Sequence record: KY608965.1
DNA length: 64,000 bases
Source: Escherichia phage phiEC1
Direction: 5' to 3' (one strand)
Below the pieces are notes generated by a model, which did not search any database, had not been told where the DNA came from, and saw only the letters and a program-made list of their open reading frames with translations. The position numbers and the translations under genes are program-made. Position 1 is the stretch's first letter, and every line of letters starts with the position of its first letter. Below, in pieces: positions 8,373-17,438 of the stretch.

Positions 8373-8681
8373 TCAATTAGAAAATAAATTTATCCAAGTT
8401 TTTTCTTTAATCAAAAATGGGTCGGAATTAAACGCCATTAAACTTTGAGTGATTAATCCCTTAAATGGCCCATCAATAAATTCCATTTTGAAATGTGGAA
8501 TACTAGTCATCAACCGCGCATTAGGAGCAGTACAAAGAACCTGCTGCCCTGAGAACGGACCTTTAGTCAAACGATATCGTTTAGGTTTAAAATGGTAAAT
8601 CTCGTAATTTTCTACAAGAGCCCTTTTATTGCATACTGGGCTGTTATAACAATATTCAAAAACTTCAATAGTGGTCATCAT
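8373..8681 (-). CDS. Hypothetical protein
   Basis: 102 aa ORF. Confidence 0.4.
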   Translation of the reverse strand: MMTTIEVFEYCYNSPVCNKRALVENYEIYHFKPKRYRLTKGPFSGQQVLCTAPNARLMTSIPHFKMEFIDGPFKGLITQSLMAFNSDPFLIKEKTWINLFSN

Positions 8682-9217
8682 TGCATTCCAATCACAAAAA
8701 ATTGAGGACGAGCGTTACCGCCGATGCAATATTTGCTTTTGCAGCAGGGCTGTACTGTTTTAATGTGGACATTGTAAATCTTATCCATATCAGGAGCTTT
8801 AATAGGCTCGTCAATTATATACAGAATACGAGAAAGCGTTAATCCACGGAATTTAGAACCTTCATTGCCAATAAAACTACGAACAGAATCGGTAAATAAA
8901 CGGAATCGAATATCGTCGCTAGAATAACGCGAAAATTCTTTTTCAATGTTGCCAGCAGAAATTTTAGCATAAGCTGAAGTATTAGAAAGAACAATAACTG
9001 TTCCACCATCATACAGCCAATTAGCAGCAAAGTTAGTCACAGCAATTGATTTACCTGATTGTCGGCCGCCATCTAAACGAAGTGTACAGTACTGCTTGAG
9101 TACGTCTTCAAATGGTGGGACATAACCGTTCTTACAAATTTCTTCTACTCTAGCATCAGAATGGTGTGTAAAAGCATTCATCAGGGATAGATAAGGTCCA
9201 GTTAAAAATGTTCTCAT
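8678..9217 (-). CDS. Hypothetical protein with Walker-A-like motif
   Basis: 179 aa; GGRQSGKS. Confidence 0.45.
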   Translation of the reverse strand: MRTFLTGPYLSLMNAFTHHSDARVEEICKNGYVPPFEDVLKQYCTLRLDGGRQSGKSIAVTNFAANWLYDGGTVIVLSNTSAYAKISAGNIEKEFSRYSSDDIRFRLFTDSVRSFIGNEGSKFRGLTLSRILYIIDEPIKAPDMDKIYNVHIKTVQPCCKSKYCIGGNARPQFFVIGMQ

Positions 9218-9394
9218 TTAGTTTCTCTTAAGGTTGGGCCATTCCATGGCGCATGAATTGTCCGTTTCTGTATTTACCCATTACCGCACTTGGGCTCGAC
9301 CTTATTACAGGTTGGCGGGAATCCCTCATAGAATAATGAGGTCCAGGTTGTTCCCATTTTATTTAAATGTAAATAGGCCTATACTTAGGCCTTA

Positions 9395-9973
9395 TTAATT
9401 ACCACGGGCTGCATTAGCAACGGCGTAAGCGTACTGAACATTAGCGTCTTTAAACGTACCTTTAGAGGTATCTATTTCTGCCTTAAAGCCGCCTTTAGCC
9501 ATAACATCAGCAAATTCTTTACGGAAAGCCATTGCGTCAAGACCTTTCCATGATGATTTATGCTTGGCAAATTCAAGACCTGCGAAGTTGACAGCTTTAG
9601 CCAATTTATTATCAATGACCCATTTACCTGCTTTAGGCACAAACTTCGGGCCTTTTTGTTTAGAGAACAGTTTTAAATTCCAGCGACGAAGGTCACTGTC
9701 GGCTTTAACAAAAGCTGCGTCTAAGTTACTAGCAACAACATCTTCAATATGAGCAAATTTAAGACCATCAACTTCAATATTTAGATCGTTACGCCAGCGA
9801 AGTCCTTCCCAAGCGAAGGCTTTAAAGTCGGAAGCCTTTGTAGCTAAGTACCGTTCAATAGGAGCAGTTTTAGGGTCAAAGCCGTTTCCGCCACGATAAT
9901 TCCACTCGTCCTTATTAATGCCTTGAGCTTTTCCTGCAAAGGCCTCGGCGATAAATTCTTTATATGTTTTCAT
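9395..9973 (-). CDS. ipIII: Internal protein III-like capsid-targeted protein
   Basis: 192 aa; N-terminal capsid targeting sequence MKTYKEFIAEA; size and position fit T4 IPIII. Confidence 0.65.
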   Translation of the reverse strand: MKTYKEFIAEAFAGKAQGINKDEWNYRGGNGFDPKTAPIERYLATKASDFKAFAWEGLRWRNDLNIEVDGLKFAHIEDVVASNLDAAFVKADSDLRRWNLKLFSKQKGPKFVPKAGKWVIDNKLAKAVNFAGLEFAKHKSSWKGLDAMAFRKEFADVMAKGGFKAEIDTSKGTFKDANVQYAYAVANAARGN

Positions 9974-9999
9974 TTTTGTTCCTATTCTTTTAATTTATG

Positions 10000-10314
10000 T
10001 TATTCTTTAGGGAAGTTTTTAGAGTATGCGTCATAAAGTTTATTACCGATGCGACGGAAGACTTTAGCTGCAAAACGGTTTTCAGGGTTTTTAATCATGA
10101 TTTGCATCATGTAAGTTCCTGCATCCGAAAGAGCTTCTTCATAGTACCCATTAATTTCTTTAAGAGTCCTACGTTTACCACCAGGACCATCAACAGTAAT
10201 TTTCCATTTACCTGTAGAAGTGCGGCTCGGTGGCTCAACTTGTTCAATCCAAATATAACCACCTTCAACGCGTTGGTTGGCGGATTCTGCAATAAATTCT
10301 TTATACGTTTTCAT
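10000..10314 (-). CDS. ipII: Internal protein II-like capsid-targeted protein
   Basis: 104 aa; N-terminal MKTYKEFIAES leader. Confidence 0.55.
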   Translation of the reverse strand: MKTYKEFIAESANQRVEGGYIWIEQVEPPSRTSTGKWKITVDGPGGKRRTLKEINGYYEEALSDAGTYMMQIMIKNPENRFAAKVFRRIGNKLYDAYSKNFPKE

Positions 10315-10334
10315 TTTTGTTTCCTTGTTTGTTT

Positions 10335-10374
10335 TGATAGAGTAATTATACCATATTAATACTTAAGCGTAAAC
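10335..10374 (-). promoter_or_regulatory. Early promoter cassette (PeSL-like), degenerate
   Basis: gatagagtaattataccatatt with gtaaac at 10369-10374, upstream of the ipII-like start. Confidence 0.4.
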
Positions 10375-10377
10375 AAT

Positions 10378-10494
10378 TTAAGCTTTACCGCCAGAAATAA
10401 TTCCGAAGTTGTTAAAATCGTATCCAATATCGTCAACATCTACTTTAGGACCTTTGGCATCTGCTTCAATGATAAATTCTTGATACATTTTCAT
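10378..10494 (-). CDS. Small capsid-targeted-like protein (38 aa)
   Basis: Manual translation MKMYQEFIIEADAKGPKVDVDDIGYDFNNFGIISGGKA; CTS-like leader; AAGGA Shine-Dalgarno; below the 60 aa cutoff of the ORF track. Confidence 0.4.
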   Translation of the reverse strand: MKMYQEFIIEADAKGPKVDVDDIGYDFNNFGIISGGKA

Positions 10495-10500
10495 TTTTCC

Positions 10501-10914
10501 TTAGTAAATTGATTTACCATAGTATTTGTACCAAGTCGGACGTTGAGCAATTTTTTCATCTAAGCGTGCTTGACTTATCGCAATGGACGCTTCGGACGGG
10601 ACATAATTATTACGAAATTCGGCAGGAATGTCGGAAATATCCTGGACAGTCGTGTCCTTGATTTTGAAACCACGTTTCAAGCATTCAGCTATTAGCTCGA
10701 TTTGACGTAAACGTAAAAATTCGAGTTTGTCATAAAAGAATGTTACGTGACCTGTGCCTAAGATAAATGTTGGAGAGATTTTAAAATCCTTTACACGTTT
10801 ACCATTTTGAACATGTTTACGGACTGCACCAAATACGCGTGGTAATTCACGATACTCAGCCATAAGATGTTGGTCGGTCAGTTCAGAAACAAGTGTTAAA
10901 TTGATACGAGTCAT
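10501..10914 (-). CDS. denV: Endonuclease V (pyrimidine dimer DNA glycosylase)
   Basis: [12 protein letters not shown]...[10 protein letters not shown]...TWYKYYGK, matches remembered T4 DenV; start taken at MTRINL rather than the upstream MEEIM. Confidence 0.9.
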   Translation of the reverse strand: MTRINLTLVSELTDQHLMAEYRELPRVFGAVRKHVQNGKRVKDFKISPTFILGTGHVTFFYDKLEFLRLRQIELIAECLKRGFKIKDTTVQDISDIPAEFRNNYVPSEASIAISQARLDEKIAQRPTWYKYYGKSIY

Positions 10915-10930
10915 AATTTCCTCCAAGTAG

Positions 10931-10971
10931 TTGATAGATGTATAGTATCAAAACCCTTGGAGGAAGTAAAC
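10931..10971 (-). promoter_or_regulatory. Early promoter cassette (PeSL-like)
   Basis: gatagatgtatagtatcaaaac with gtaaac at 10966-10971, upstream of denV. Confidence 0.45.
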
Positions 10972-10972
10972 A

Positions 10973-11254
10973 CTATTTTTCTGAAGCGCCTGAAATATAT
11001 TTTTCAAGACGTTGTTTCATCAGCGAGCCGTTCTTAGCGATTTCTTCCGGTTTATCGCACATACGCAACAGTGCTTCAAGCTTAGCGATATCGCTGGTAC
11101 GTTCAAATTTGCGAGTATCTATCTTACTGGCAAGTTCAGAAATACGTGCTAATAGACTTTCAGCTTCAACCAAAGCTGCACCTAGCTTAGTTGCAAATGT
11201 GTCAGTAGCTTCGTTAAGAATAGATTCTGATAAAAATTCACTATATGTTTTCAT
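10973..11254 (-). CDS. Capsid-targeted internal-protein-like protein, no T4 counterpart recognised
   Basis: 93 aa from ATG 11254: [11 protein letters not shown] leader; start abuts the stop of lysozyme e. Confidence 0.5.
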   Translation of the reverse strand: MKTYSEFLSESILNEATDTFATKLGAALVEAESLLARISELASKIDTRKFERTSDIAKLEALLRMCDKPEEIAKNGSLMKQRLEKYISGASEK

Positions 11255-11739
11255 ATATACGCTTTCCAAGTTCCTGTTTTAAATGTTGAGATTACGCGTT
11301 TTGCGCGATTAGGTGTCTGACGATACCATTTAGATTGGGCGAGATTTACTGCCGCTTCATCCCAACGTTTCTGTTGAAGCATACGAAGAGAATTAGTAAA
11401 ACCGGCGACGCCTGATACGCCCATTTGGAAGACCATATTGACTAATGCACATCGACGAACCGCGTCTAAAGAATCATACACCGGTTTAAGTTTAGCATTA
11501 CCCAAGATTCCGCGAACGGCTTTATCGACGTCTTCATTAAATAGCTTTTCAGCCTCATCAAGGGTAATTGTACCGTTGCATTTACGACCGATCATTCTGT
11601 CAAGTTCAGCTTTAGCTACGGCTAAAGACGGGTTCTTTGTTACTAAATGGCCTATGCCAATCGTCCAAAAGCCTTCAGTGTCTTTATATAAAGTCAGTCT
11701 AAGACCTTCATCATTACGAAGCATTTCAAATATATTCAT
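11251..11739 (-). CDS. e: Lysozyme (endolysin)
   Basis: [28 protein letters not shown] with Glu-Asp-Thr catalytic arrangement; clear homolog of remembered T4 lysozyme; start taken at MNIFEML. Confidence 0.95.
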   Translation of the reverse strand: MNIFEMLRNDEGLRLTLYKDTEGFWTIGIGHLVTKNPSLAVAKAELDRMIGRKCNGTITLDEAEKLFNEDVDKAVRGILGNAKLKPVYDSLDAVRRCALVNMVFQMGVSGVAGFTNSLRMLQQKRWDEAAVNLAQSKWYRQTPNRAKRVISTFKTGTWKAYI

Positions 11740-11773
11740 AATACCTCCCACGTTTATAGGAGGTATTTATTAC

Positions 11774-12232
11774 TTATAGGAGGGTAGTGAGCACCTTATA
11801 TAATGATTTGCCCATTACATATTCCCATTGAGAAGGTTTAATTAAAGCGAATGCATCAAATTCAGGAATTTGTCGTCCGTCTGGGAATGTATGATAGGAA
11901 TTACAAACACTGTTTCTGAATTGCTCGTGCTCTACAGGGATGGTATATAGGAACAGATGAATATTCTTATTGTCTGAGTAATGATGTTCACCTAGGTCTT
12001 TCAGGAAGGCAGGGTCATATTGTGTAAACCCAGTTTCTTCTTCGCATTCACGAATAGCGGCTTCAATAGGAGATTCGCCAGGTTCGACACGGCCTTTAGG
12101 AATATCCCACCGATGAGCTAATGCACCTTTAGAACGAGAACCAGTTACACGACCCATGAATAATTCTTTATCTTCGGTAAGGAAAATAATACCGGCTGAT
12201 AGTTCTTTCACTTTATTTTTCTTACTCATCAT
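11774..12232 (-). CDS. nudE: Nudix hydrolase
   Basis: 152 aa; Nudix box GRVEPGESPIEAAIRECEEETG; downstream of e as T4 nudE. Confidence 0.75.
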   Translation of the reverse strand: MMSKKNKVKELSAGIIFLTEDKELFMGRVTGSRSKGALAHRWDIPKGRVEPGESPIEAAIRECEEETGFTQYDPAFLKDLGEHHYSDNKNIHLFLYTIPVEHEQFRNSVCNSYHTFPDGRQIPEFDAFALIKPSQWEYVMGKSLYKVLTTLL

Positions 12233-12473
12233 CTCGGTCCCATGATTTGGCCATTAATTCGGACATAAATTCTTCAATGCGTGTTTCTTTAGATGGACTT
12301 TCACTATTAGAGACCGCAAGTTTGTAATCTGCAATAGGACGGAACAAATCAAGGTCCATATTAAGATCGTCTTTGATTTTTTCTTCTGACACATCTTTAT
12401 CGTATGTGTATAGATAACTATCACATGATTCCGATTTAATGTAAATTGCTATACTCATCTCAAATTCCTGCAT
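12222..12473 (-). CDS. Hypothetical protein
   Basis: 83 aa acidic ORF. Confidence 0.4.
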   Translation of the reverse strand: MQEFEMSIAIYIKSESCDSYLYTYDKDVSEEKIKDDLNMDLDLFRPIADYKLAVSNSESPSKETRIEEFMSELMAKSWDRDDE

Positions 12474-12946
12474 TCGGTAATAAAACGTTCAACTTCGTTA
12501 TTCTTGGCCTTTATCTTGTCTTTACGTTCCTGTAAACTACTTTTAACAAGATTAATAATGATGCCTATAGTACCTCCACCAATTATACCACCAATTATAC
12601 TTACGATAGTAGATGCCAATAAGATAGCGATAATATCTGGTATGGCAAAGGCACTTACTTTAGTACTAAAAAACCATACCGACGGTACAAATATAATCCA
12701 TCCTGTTATCCATTGGCACTTATTGAAAAACTTTTCAAGATCAGCTTGAGTTGTTCGTATTACTTCATCGATAGGTTGATATCCATTAATGTATCTGTTC
12801 ACGATAATACCTGCTGGCTGGTCGATTTTAAATTCTTGGCAAATACGTTTCACTAAGTAGGATGGACATCCTGTCCAATCCACCGAATAGTACGAAATAC
12901 CTTCATTGCCGTCGTCAATATTAGACCAATATGTTTTGTTAATCAT
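12455..12946 (-). CDS. Membrane protein with conserved FITECR C-terminal tail
   Basis: 163 aa; hydrophobic segment plus Gly-rich IIGGIIGGGTIGII; C-terminus ERFITECRNLR. Confidence 0.45.
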   Translation of the reverse strand: MINKTYWSNIDDGNEGISYYSVDWTGCPSYLVKRICQEFKIDQPAGIIVNRYINGYQPIDEVIRTTQADLEKFFNKCQWITGWIIFVPSVWFFSTKVSAFAIPDIIAILLASTIVSIIGGIIGGGTIGIIINLVKSSLQERKDKIKAKNNEVERFITECRNLR

Positions 12947-13632
12947 TACCAGCCTTCCATAGGGAATTCCAGATAAACTTGGGCATTGACACGAATTTCA
13001 TTGGTAATCTTTTTAACTCGGTCTGTATTACGAGATACACGTCCGAACCAACGCCATCCATTACTAATTGCACGAGAACCAGTGTGCCATGTTTGCCAAT
13101 CAAACTGAAGAAGAGTACGGTCCGGAGCTTCCCATTTCTCTAGTTCACCTTTTTCAATTTTTTCGAGGACTTCTTTGTGCCACTGGCGATAGATAAGTTC
13201 GCCATCAGGAATCTGACTGAACTCTGCAGTTCCTGTTGCAAAATGAGTAGGACACACGTCAGCGTTAACAAGACCAAGAATATGTTCAGAATGGTAACGA
13301 GGGTTGTCATAATCAGGTTGTCCTGCAGTAATAAAATGTTGACCAACCGGAATATCCGGGCGTGGTACATCATCATGGTGATAACCTGGGATAGCAGGAT
13401 ACCAACCAGGCATCAGCATGTGGACTCGTGAATCAAATACAACCTGGTCTGTGTTCCAATCATCTGGCAAGTTCATGATGAAGCTGCGAGTAATAGGACC
13501 GCCGTTATTATAAGCAAATTCTAAACTACAGTTGAAGAACATAGGCTCGTTCTTGATTTTATCATTAGAAATACCGCCGGCAAAACCACCTACTGCACGA
13601 GCTTGACTATTAAACACTTTAGAACTATTCAT
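12946..13632 (-). CDS. Hypothetical protein
   Basis: 228 aa; His/Trp-rich, no motif I can assign. Confidence 0.45.
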   Translation of the reverse strand: MNSSKVFNSQARAVGGFAGGISNDKIKNEPMFFNCSLEFAYNNGGPITRSFIMNLPDDWNTDQVVFDSRVHMLMPGWYPAIPGYHHDDVPRPDIPVGQHFITAGQPDYDNPRYHSEHILGLVNADVCPTHFATGTAEFSQIPDGELIYRQWHKEVLEKIEKGELEKWEAPDRTLLQFDWQTWHTGSRAISNGWRWFGRVSRNTDRVKKITNEIRVNAQVYLEFPMEGW

Positions 13633-13633
13633 A

Positions 13634-13939
13634 TTATTTTCCTCGACATTCTTTAATGAAATTTTCTAGATTGGTAGATTCAATAGCTTTTTTACGAGCT
13701 TCTGCGTGTTCTTCTTCAGACAATTTACATTTATAATTAACCCAGACGTTATGGTCAAAACTAGTCGTGGCATATAATAACAAAGCCCCGACGAATAATA
13801 AAAATGGTGATAAGAATACAAAACCAGGAACACCATCCATATCGTAAGCCTTTTGTAATACTGCAACAGAAAGAGCTGCGTAAAAAGGTGATGCAAATAT
13901 TGTTAAAAGACCAATTCGGTTGGTTTCGCCTAATTTCAT
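13634..13939 (-). CDS. Small membrane protein with FIKECR C-terminal tail
   Basis: 101 aa; two hydrophobic segments; C-terminus ENFIKECRGK. Confidence 0.45.
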   Translation of the reverse strand: MKLGETNRIGLLTIFASPFYAALSVAVLQKAYDMDGVPGFVFLSPFLLFVGALLLYATTSFDHNVWVNYKCKLSEEEHAEARKKAIESTNLENFIKECRGK

Positions 13940-13959
13940 AATATTCTCCTCATGTTTTA

Positions 13960-13997
13960 ATAGGACTACTATAACATAGTCCTATAATTGGGTAAAC
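13960..13997 (-). promoter_or_regulatory. Early promoter cassette (PeSL-like)
   Basis: ataggactactataacatagtcctat with gtaaac at 13992-13997. Confidence 0.5.
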
Positions 13998-14009
13998 AGT
14001 TTTGTGAAG

Positions 14010-14966
14010 TTATTTGAAAGGTTTCACCATATGAAAATTTTCTTTAAACCGTTTGATGTAATCATTTTTGCCGAGCTTATGATACATAGCCACTACTTCA
14101 TAATAGTTCTCGTATGCGTACTCACGGAACCATCCTGACGTGATTGAAGTACAGACTTTTTCTAATGCCATCATGAAACTGGCTTCAGGGTTAATTTCAA
14201 AGTTATTAGGAATCTGAGAACGTTCTAATGCTAGTACACATGATTCTTCGTATACACCGGCCAATTTGACCATTTCCGGTAATGATTCGAACTTCTCGCG
14301 TGAGGTCATGACTTCAGAACCATCTTTCATGTAAAATGTATACGCTGGACGGTCTGTTAGTGCAATGGCTTCGTGAATAGTATCATGGTCATACGTATAG
14401 ATGTCATCTTTAAAGAATGCGCTTTTAGAAGTGTCAAGAACTGGGTGAGCATAGTTCAAGGTTTCTTTCTGGCGTTTCAGCATAATTTCAGTAAGTTCAT
14501 CGTTCAGTGTAACACCTTTACCACGAAGATACTGAATATGGTTCATAGTCTTTAAAAAGAATGGATTATTTTTCTTGAAACGATGGGACATCTTAATTGC
14601 AAGGCACATCTCAGGAGTTGCCCAGTAAAACCCGTTCAAACGGTCTTTAGTCAAATTTTTCTTGGCGTATTTTAAAAGGTCATAAGAAGACGTGAAATCT
14701 TCAGGAGTGAGTTCACCGACTAATTCACGGACATTAGTGATTGCCGGAACAATATATGCTTCAAAATGAGTTTCGCGTCCGTTATGAAAACATTTGAAAA
14801 CCTGGACGTCAGGGTTATCTTGGTGAACATATACACCCATCATTTGATTTTTGAATGCATTCCAAGAACCTTGGTCCGCAATAAAGTCCCAATCGCTATT
14901 TTTGATAGCGCTAGAATCAATAAGGCCGTGATAGTGAAGTGCACGAGAACCAATAACTAACATCAT
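14010..14966 (-). CDS. Hypothetical protein
   Basis: 318 aa ORF. Confidence 0.45.
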   Translation of the reverse strand: MMLVIGSRALHYHGLIDSSAIKNSDWDFIADQGSWNAFKNQMMGVYVHQDNPDVQVFKCFHNGRETHFEAYIVPAITNVRELVGELTPEDFTSSYDLLKYAKKNLTKDRLNGFYWATPEMCLAIKMSHRFKKNNPFFLKTMNHIQYLRGKGVTLNDELTEIMLKRQKETLNYAHPVLDTSKSAFFKDDIYTYDHDTIHEAIALTDRPAYTFYMKDGSEVMTSREKFESLPEMVKLAGVYEESCVLALERSQIPNNFEINPEASFMMALEKVCTSITSGWFREYAYENYYEVVAMYHKLGKNDYIKRFKENFHMVKPFK

Positions 14967-14991
14967 AATATTTTCCTCGAATTTAGATTAC

Positions 14992-15243
14992 TTAAATTTC
15001 ACGACATGCGATATTATATTCATCCCAGAGGTCGTCATGTGAAGCCTCTACCAAAGGAACGATTGTACCGTTTATGTCTTCATTATAAGGACAAATTGTA
15101 CAGTGCGCATCTTCGAATCGGATGCCTTTGTGTTCAGATTTTTTATAACGCATATCGAATATCTTTGCAAACTTTTCACGACTAATAGTTTTAGCAACTA
15201 CTTCGGTTCCGATACTTTCGTAATAAATCATTGTAGACTCCAT
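14992..15243 (-). CDS. Hypothetical protein
   Basis: 83 aa ORF. Confidence 0.4.
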   Translation of the reverse strand: MESTMIYYESIGTEVVAKTISREKFAKIFDMRYKKSEHKGIRFEDAHCTICPYNEDINGTIVPLVEASHDDLWDEYNIACREI

Positions 15244-15250
15244 TTAATTT

Positions 15251-15290
15251 GATAGGACTACTATAACATAGCCCTATCTTGTTGTAAACT
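15251..15290 (-). promoter_or_regulatory. Early promoter cassette (PeSL-like)
   Basis: gataggactactataacatagccctatc with gtaaac at 15285-15290. Confidence 0.5.
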
Positions 15291-15293
15291 GTT

Positions 15294-15491
15294 TTAGCAA
15301 GAATAACTAGATGATACCCAGCCTTGAACAGTAATACTATTATTTGATAACGAGATTGCGTCCTGGAGATTCAGACCTGCGTTATCTTCAATCCACAATG
15401 TAACTTCTTCACGTTCTTCGGTTGCAATTTGGAACAGGTTTTCCAGGGCAGCTACTGCCGTACGTACAGCACAATCTAATTCACGAGACAT
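15294..15491 (-). CDS. Small protein, member of tandem WVSSS..C-tail family
   Basis: 65 aa; C-terminus QGWVSSSYSC. Confidence 0.45.
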   Translation of the reverse strand: MSRELDCAVRTAVAALENLFQIATEEREEVTLWIEDNAGLNLQDAISLSNNSITVQGWVSSSYSC

Positions 15492-15500
15492 ATTATTTCC

Positions 15501-15773
15501 TTAACAAGTGTGAGAAGATGCAACCCAACCGCCATCTTCAAGGCTCAGGTTGTAGTCGTATTGGTAAACGTCGGCCCATTCAGCATAGCCGTTTTTTGTA
15601 CAACGTTCAAGATCGGCTTTAAGCTGTCCGGGTGAATGATAGGTTCCACCCATACCATAAGCTGGATACAAGTCGAATGTTGTGTTTTGTTTATCAGCAA
15701 TTTCTTTGGCAGCCTCAATAGCTGCATAGATTTTTGCTACAGCTTCAGCCAGCTCGGTTTGTTCTTTAGACAT
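15501..15773 (-). CDS. Small protein, member of tandem WVSSS..C-tail family
   Basis: 90 aa; C-terminus GGWVASSHTC; shares G.GGTY/GRTY core with next gene. Confidence 0.45.
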   Translation of the reverse strand: MSKEQTELAEAVAKIYAAIEAAKEIADKQNTTFDLYPAYGMGGTYHSPGQLKADLERCTKNGYAEWADVYQYDYNLSLEDGGWVASSHTC

Positions 15774-15782
15774 AATGATTCC

Positions 15783-16088
15783 TTAGCACAACGCAGAAGA
15801 CGAAACCCAAGCACCTTCAGTAATAACGTAACCATTACCTTCACGCTTAACATCGCCACCATTATTTTCAATTTCATTTTTCATCCACTGAGATACGATT
15901 TCACCCTTAGGATAATAAGTACGACCGCTACCATAATCACCTACAGAAAATGATACGGCATATTGGTCTGCGATCTTTGTTGCTTCTTCTTCGATACGTT
16001 CAGCTTGATTTAGAAGTTTATAAATTGCATCTGAAGCGGATTTGGCATCATTAAACTCTGGTACTTTAATTTCAATAATCTTACTCAT
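15783..16088 (-). CDS. Small protein, member of tandem WVSSS..C-tail family
   Basis: 101 aa; C-terminus GAWVSSSALC. Confidence 0.45.
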   Translation of the reverse strand: MSKIIEIKVPEFNDAKSASDAIYKLLNQAERIEEEATKIADQYAVSFSVGDYGSGRTYYPKGEIVSQWMKNEIENNGGDVKREGNGYVITEGAWVSSSALC

Positions 16089-16444
16089 TTTCTACATTCC
16101 TTAATAAAGTTTTCGATTGTTTCATTTTCACGTCTAGCTAGGAGTTCATTATAACTAATCATTTGAGAAGCGTAAACCTTTTTATTTTTCTTGTTATGGT
16201 TTATAAAATCGTAGTAAAAATAGACTACAGTACAAAAGGATGCTATTGATGCAAAGGCTTGGGTATACCGTAAGTCCTGCCATTGGTCTGTGAATCCACC
16301 AGTGTTACCTATAAATCCTAACACAACGCCGTCAATAAGAAATCCAACTAATCCAAAGGCAAATCCCATGCCGGCGCTCATGATAAAAATTAAAATATTC
16401 TCACCAAGAGAAGGCCATACGGTTAAGAGTTGAGGCTTTTGCAT
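16085..16444 (-). CDS. Small membrane protein with FIKECR C-terminal tail
   Basis: 119 aa; hydrophobic N-terminal half; C-terminus ENFIKECRK. Confidence 0.45.
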   Translation of the reverse strand: MQKPQLLTVWPSLGENILIFIMSAGMGFAFGLVGFLIDGVVLGFIGNTGGFTDQWQDLRYTQAFASIASFCTVVYFYYDFINHNKKNKKVYASQMISYNELLARRENETIENFIKECRK

Positions 16445-16848
16445 CTTATTTCCTTAACGAATTCCATAGCTTCTTCATATTCATACTTTTTAACAGCTTC
16501 ATCATACTGAGCTTGGGCTTTTGCGCACTGAACTTTCCACTCGCGAACTCGAGCTCTGTGATGACGGCCTTGGTGCCAATATCCTGCCCAATTAATAGGC
16601 ATTAATAAAAACGGTACAATAAGTGGTGCGACGAACATTAATGAAAACGCTGCATCAGACGATATAACTTTATTGGAATCTAAAATAGCTCCTATAATCA
16701 TAAAGATTAAAAATGCTAAAGCTAAAATAGGGCCAAATAGTACTTCGTTTGGGATTAATTTACGTTTGTATTCGTATGCCCAGGGCTTAATTGGCATGTA
16801 CAGGGTTGGCTTTGACATATTCTCTACATTCCATAATAAATTGCTCAA
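16423..16848 (-). CDS. Small membrane protein with related C-terminal tail
   Basis: 141 aa; two hydrophobic segments; C-terminus EFVKEIRCKSLNS. Confidence 0.45.
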   Translation of the reverse strand: MSNLLWNVENMSKPTLYMPIKPWAYEYKRKLIPNEVLFGPILALAFLIFMIIGAILDSNKVISSDAAFSLMFVAPLIVPFLLMPINWAGYWHQGRHHRARVREWKVQCAKAQAQYDEAVKKYEYEEAMEFVKEIRCKSLNS

Positions 16849-17410
16849 GGATTAAATTGTTAGTGAAATTAGGACTAACAACCATAGTTTCATAAAGCGC
16901 ATCAATAGCACTTAAAGCATCAACTCTTTTAAGCAAAGGCTCGCCTTCATACATAGTTTCAGAATCGACGATTAACGTAAAGTAATATTTTTTATTATCG
17001 ACTAGAACTTCAGTATCGATATAAAACATATTAGACCTCAGAAGCTTATCTCTAAAACCATAATAATCTTCAGAGCGTTCGCTGATATATTCCCATTCAG
17101 TGTTTAAACAACAAACAGACCATGTAGGAGCAACAAAATCGGTGAATCTAATATCATGGTCTGCAACTAGTTTAGCAATAGCTCCGATATCATGAATCAT
17201 AATACCTGGGGCTAATAAAGATTTTCTGCTATGGCCAGCCGTTTTCTCAGTGGTCTCATAAGAAGCTGACCAGTACCATTTACGTCCAGTTGCAACATAT
17301 CGTAATGAATCAACTAAAGACGTAGGTGGATTTACCTTATTTCGGAACTCTTCGAACATTGAGTCAATATCATTATTTTGGTTTCGCATGTTAACTCCTT
17401 TATTATCCAA
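16787..17410 (-). CDS. Hypothetical protein
   Basis: 207 aa; contains QFIMECREY near C-terminus. Confidence 0.45.
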   Translation of the reverse strand: MDNKGVNMRNQNNDIDSMFEEFRNKVNPPTSLVDSLRYVATGRKWYWSASYETTEKTAGHSRKSLLAPGIMIHDIGAIAKLVADHDIRFTDFVAPTWSVCCLNTEWEYISERSEDYYGFRDKLLRSNMFYIDTEVLVDNKKYYFTLIVDSETMYEGEPLLKRVDALSAIDALYETMVVSPNFTNNLILEQFIMECREYVKANPVHAN

Positions 17411-17438
17411 AAGGAGGACAAAAGTCCTCCGTATTATT

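Noticed and set aside
14010-14966. Possible second nucleotidyltransferase (IGSRALHYHG...DWD)
   Set aside because: The spacing between GS and the acidic pair (17 residues) is outside the usual 9-13 and no third acidic residue is evident.
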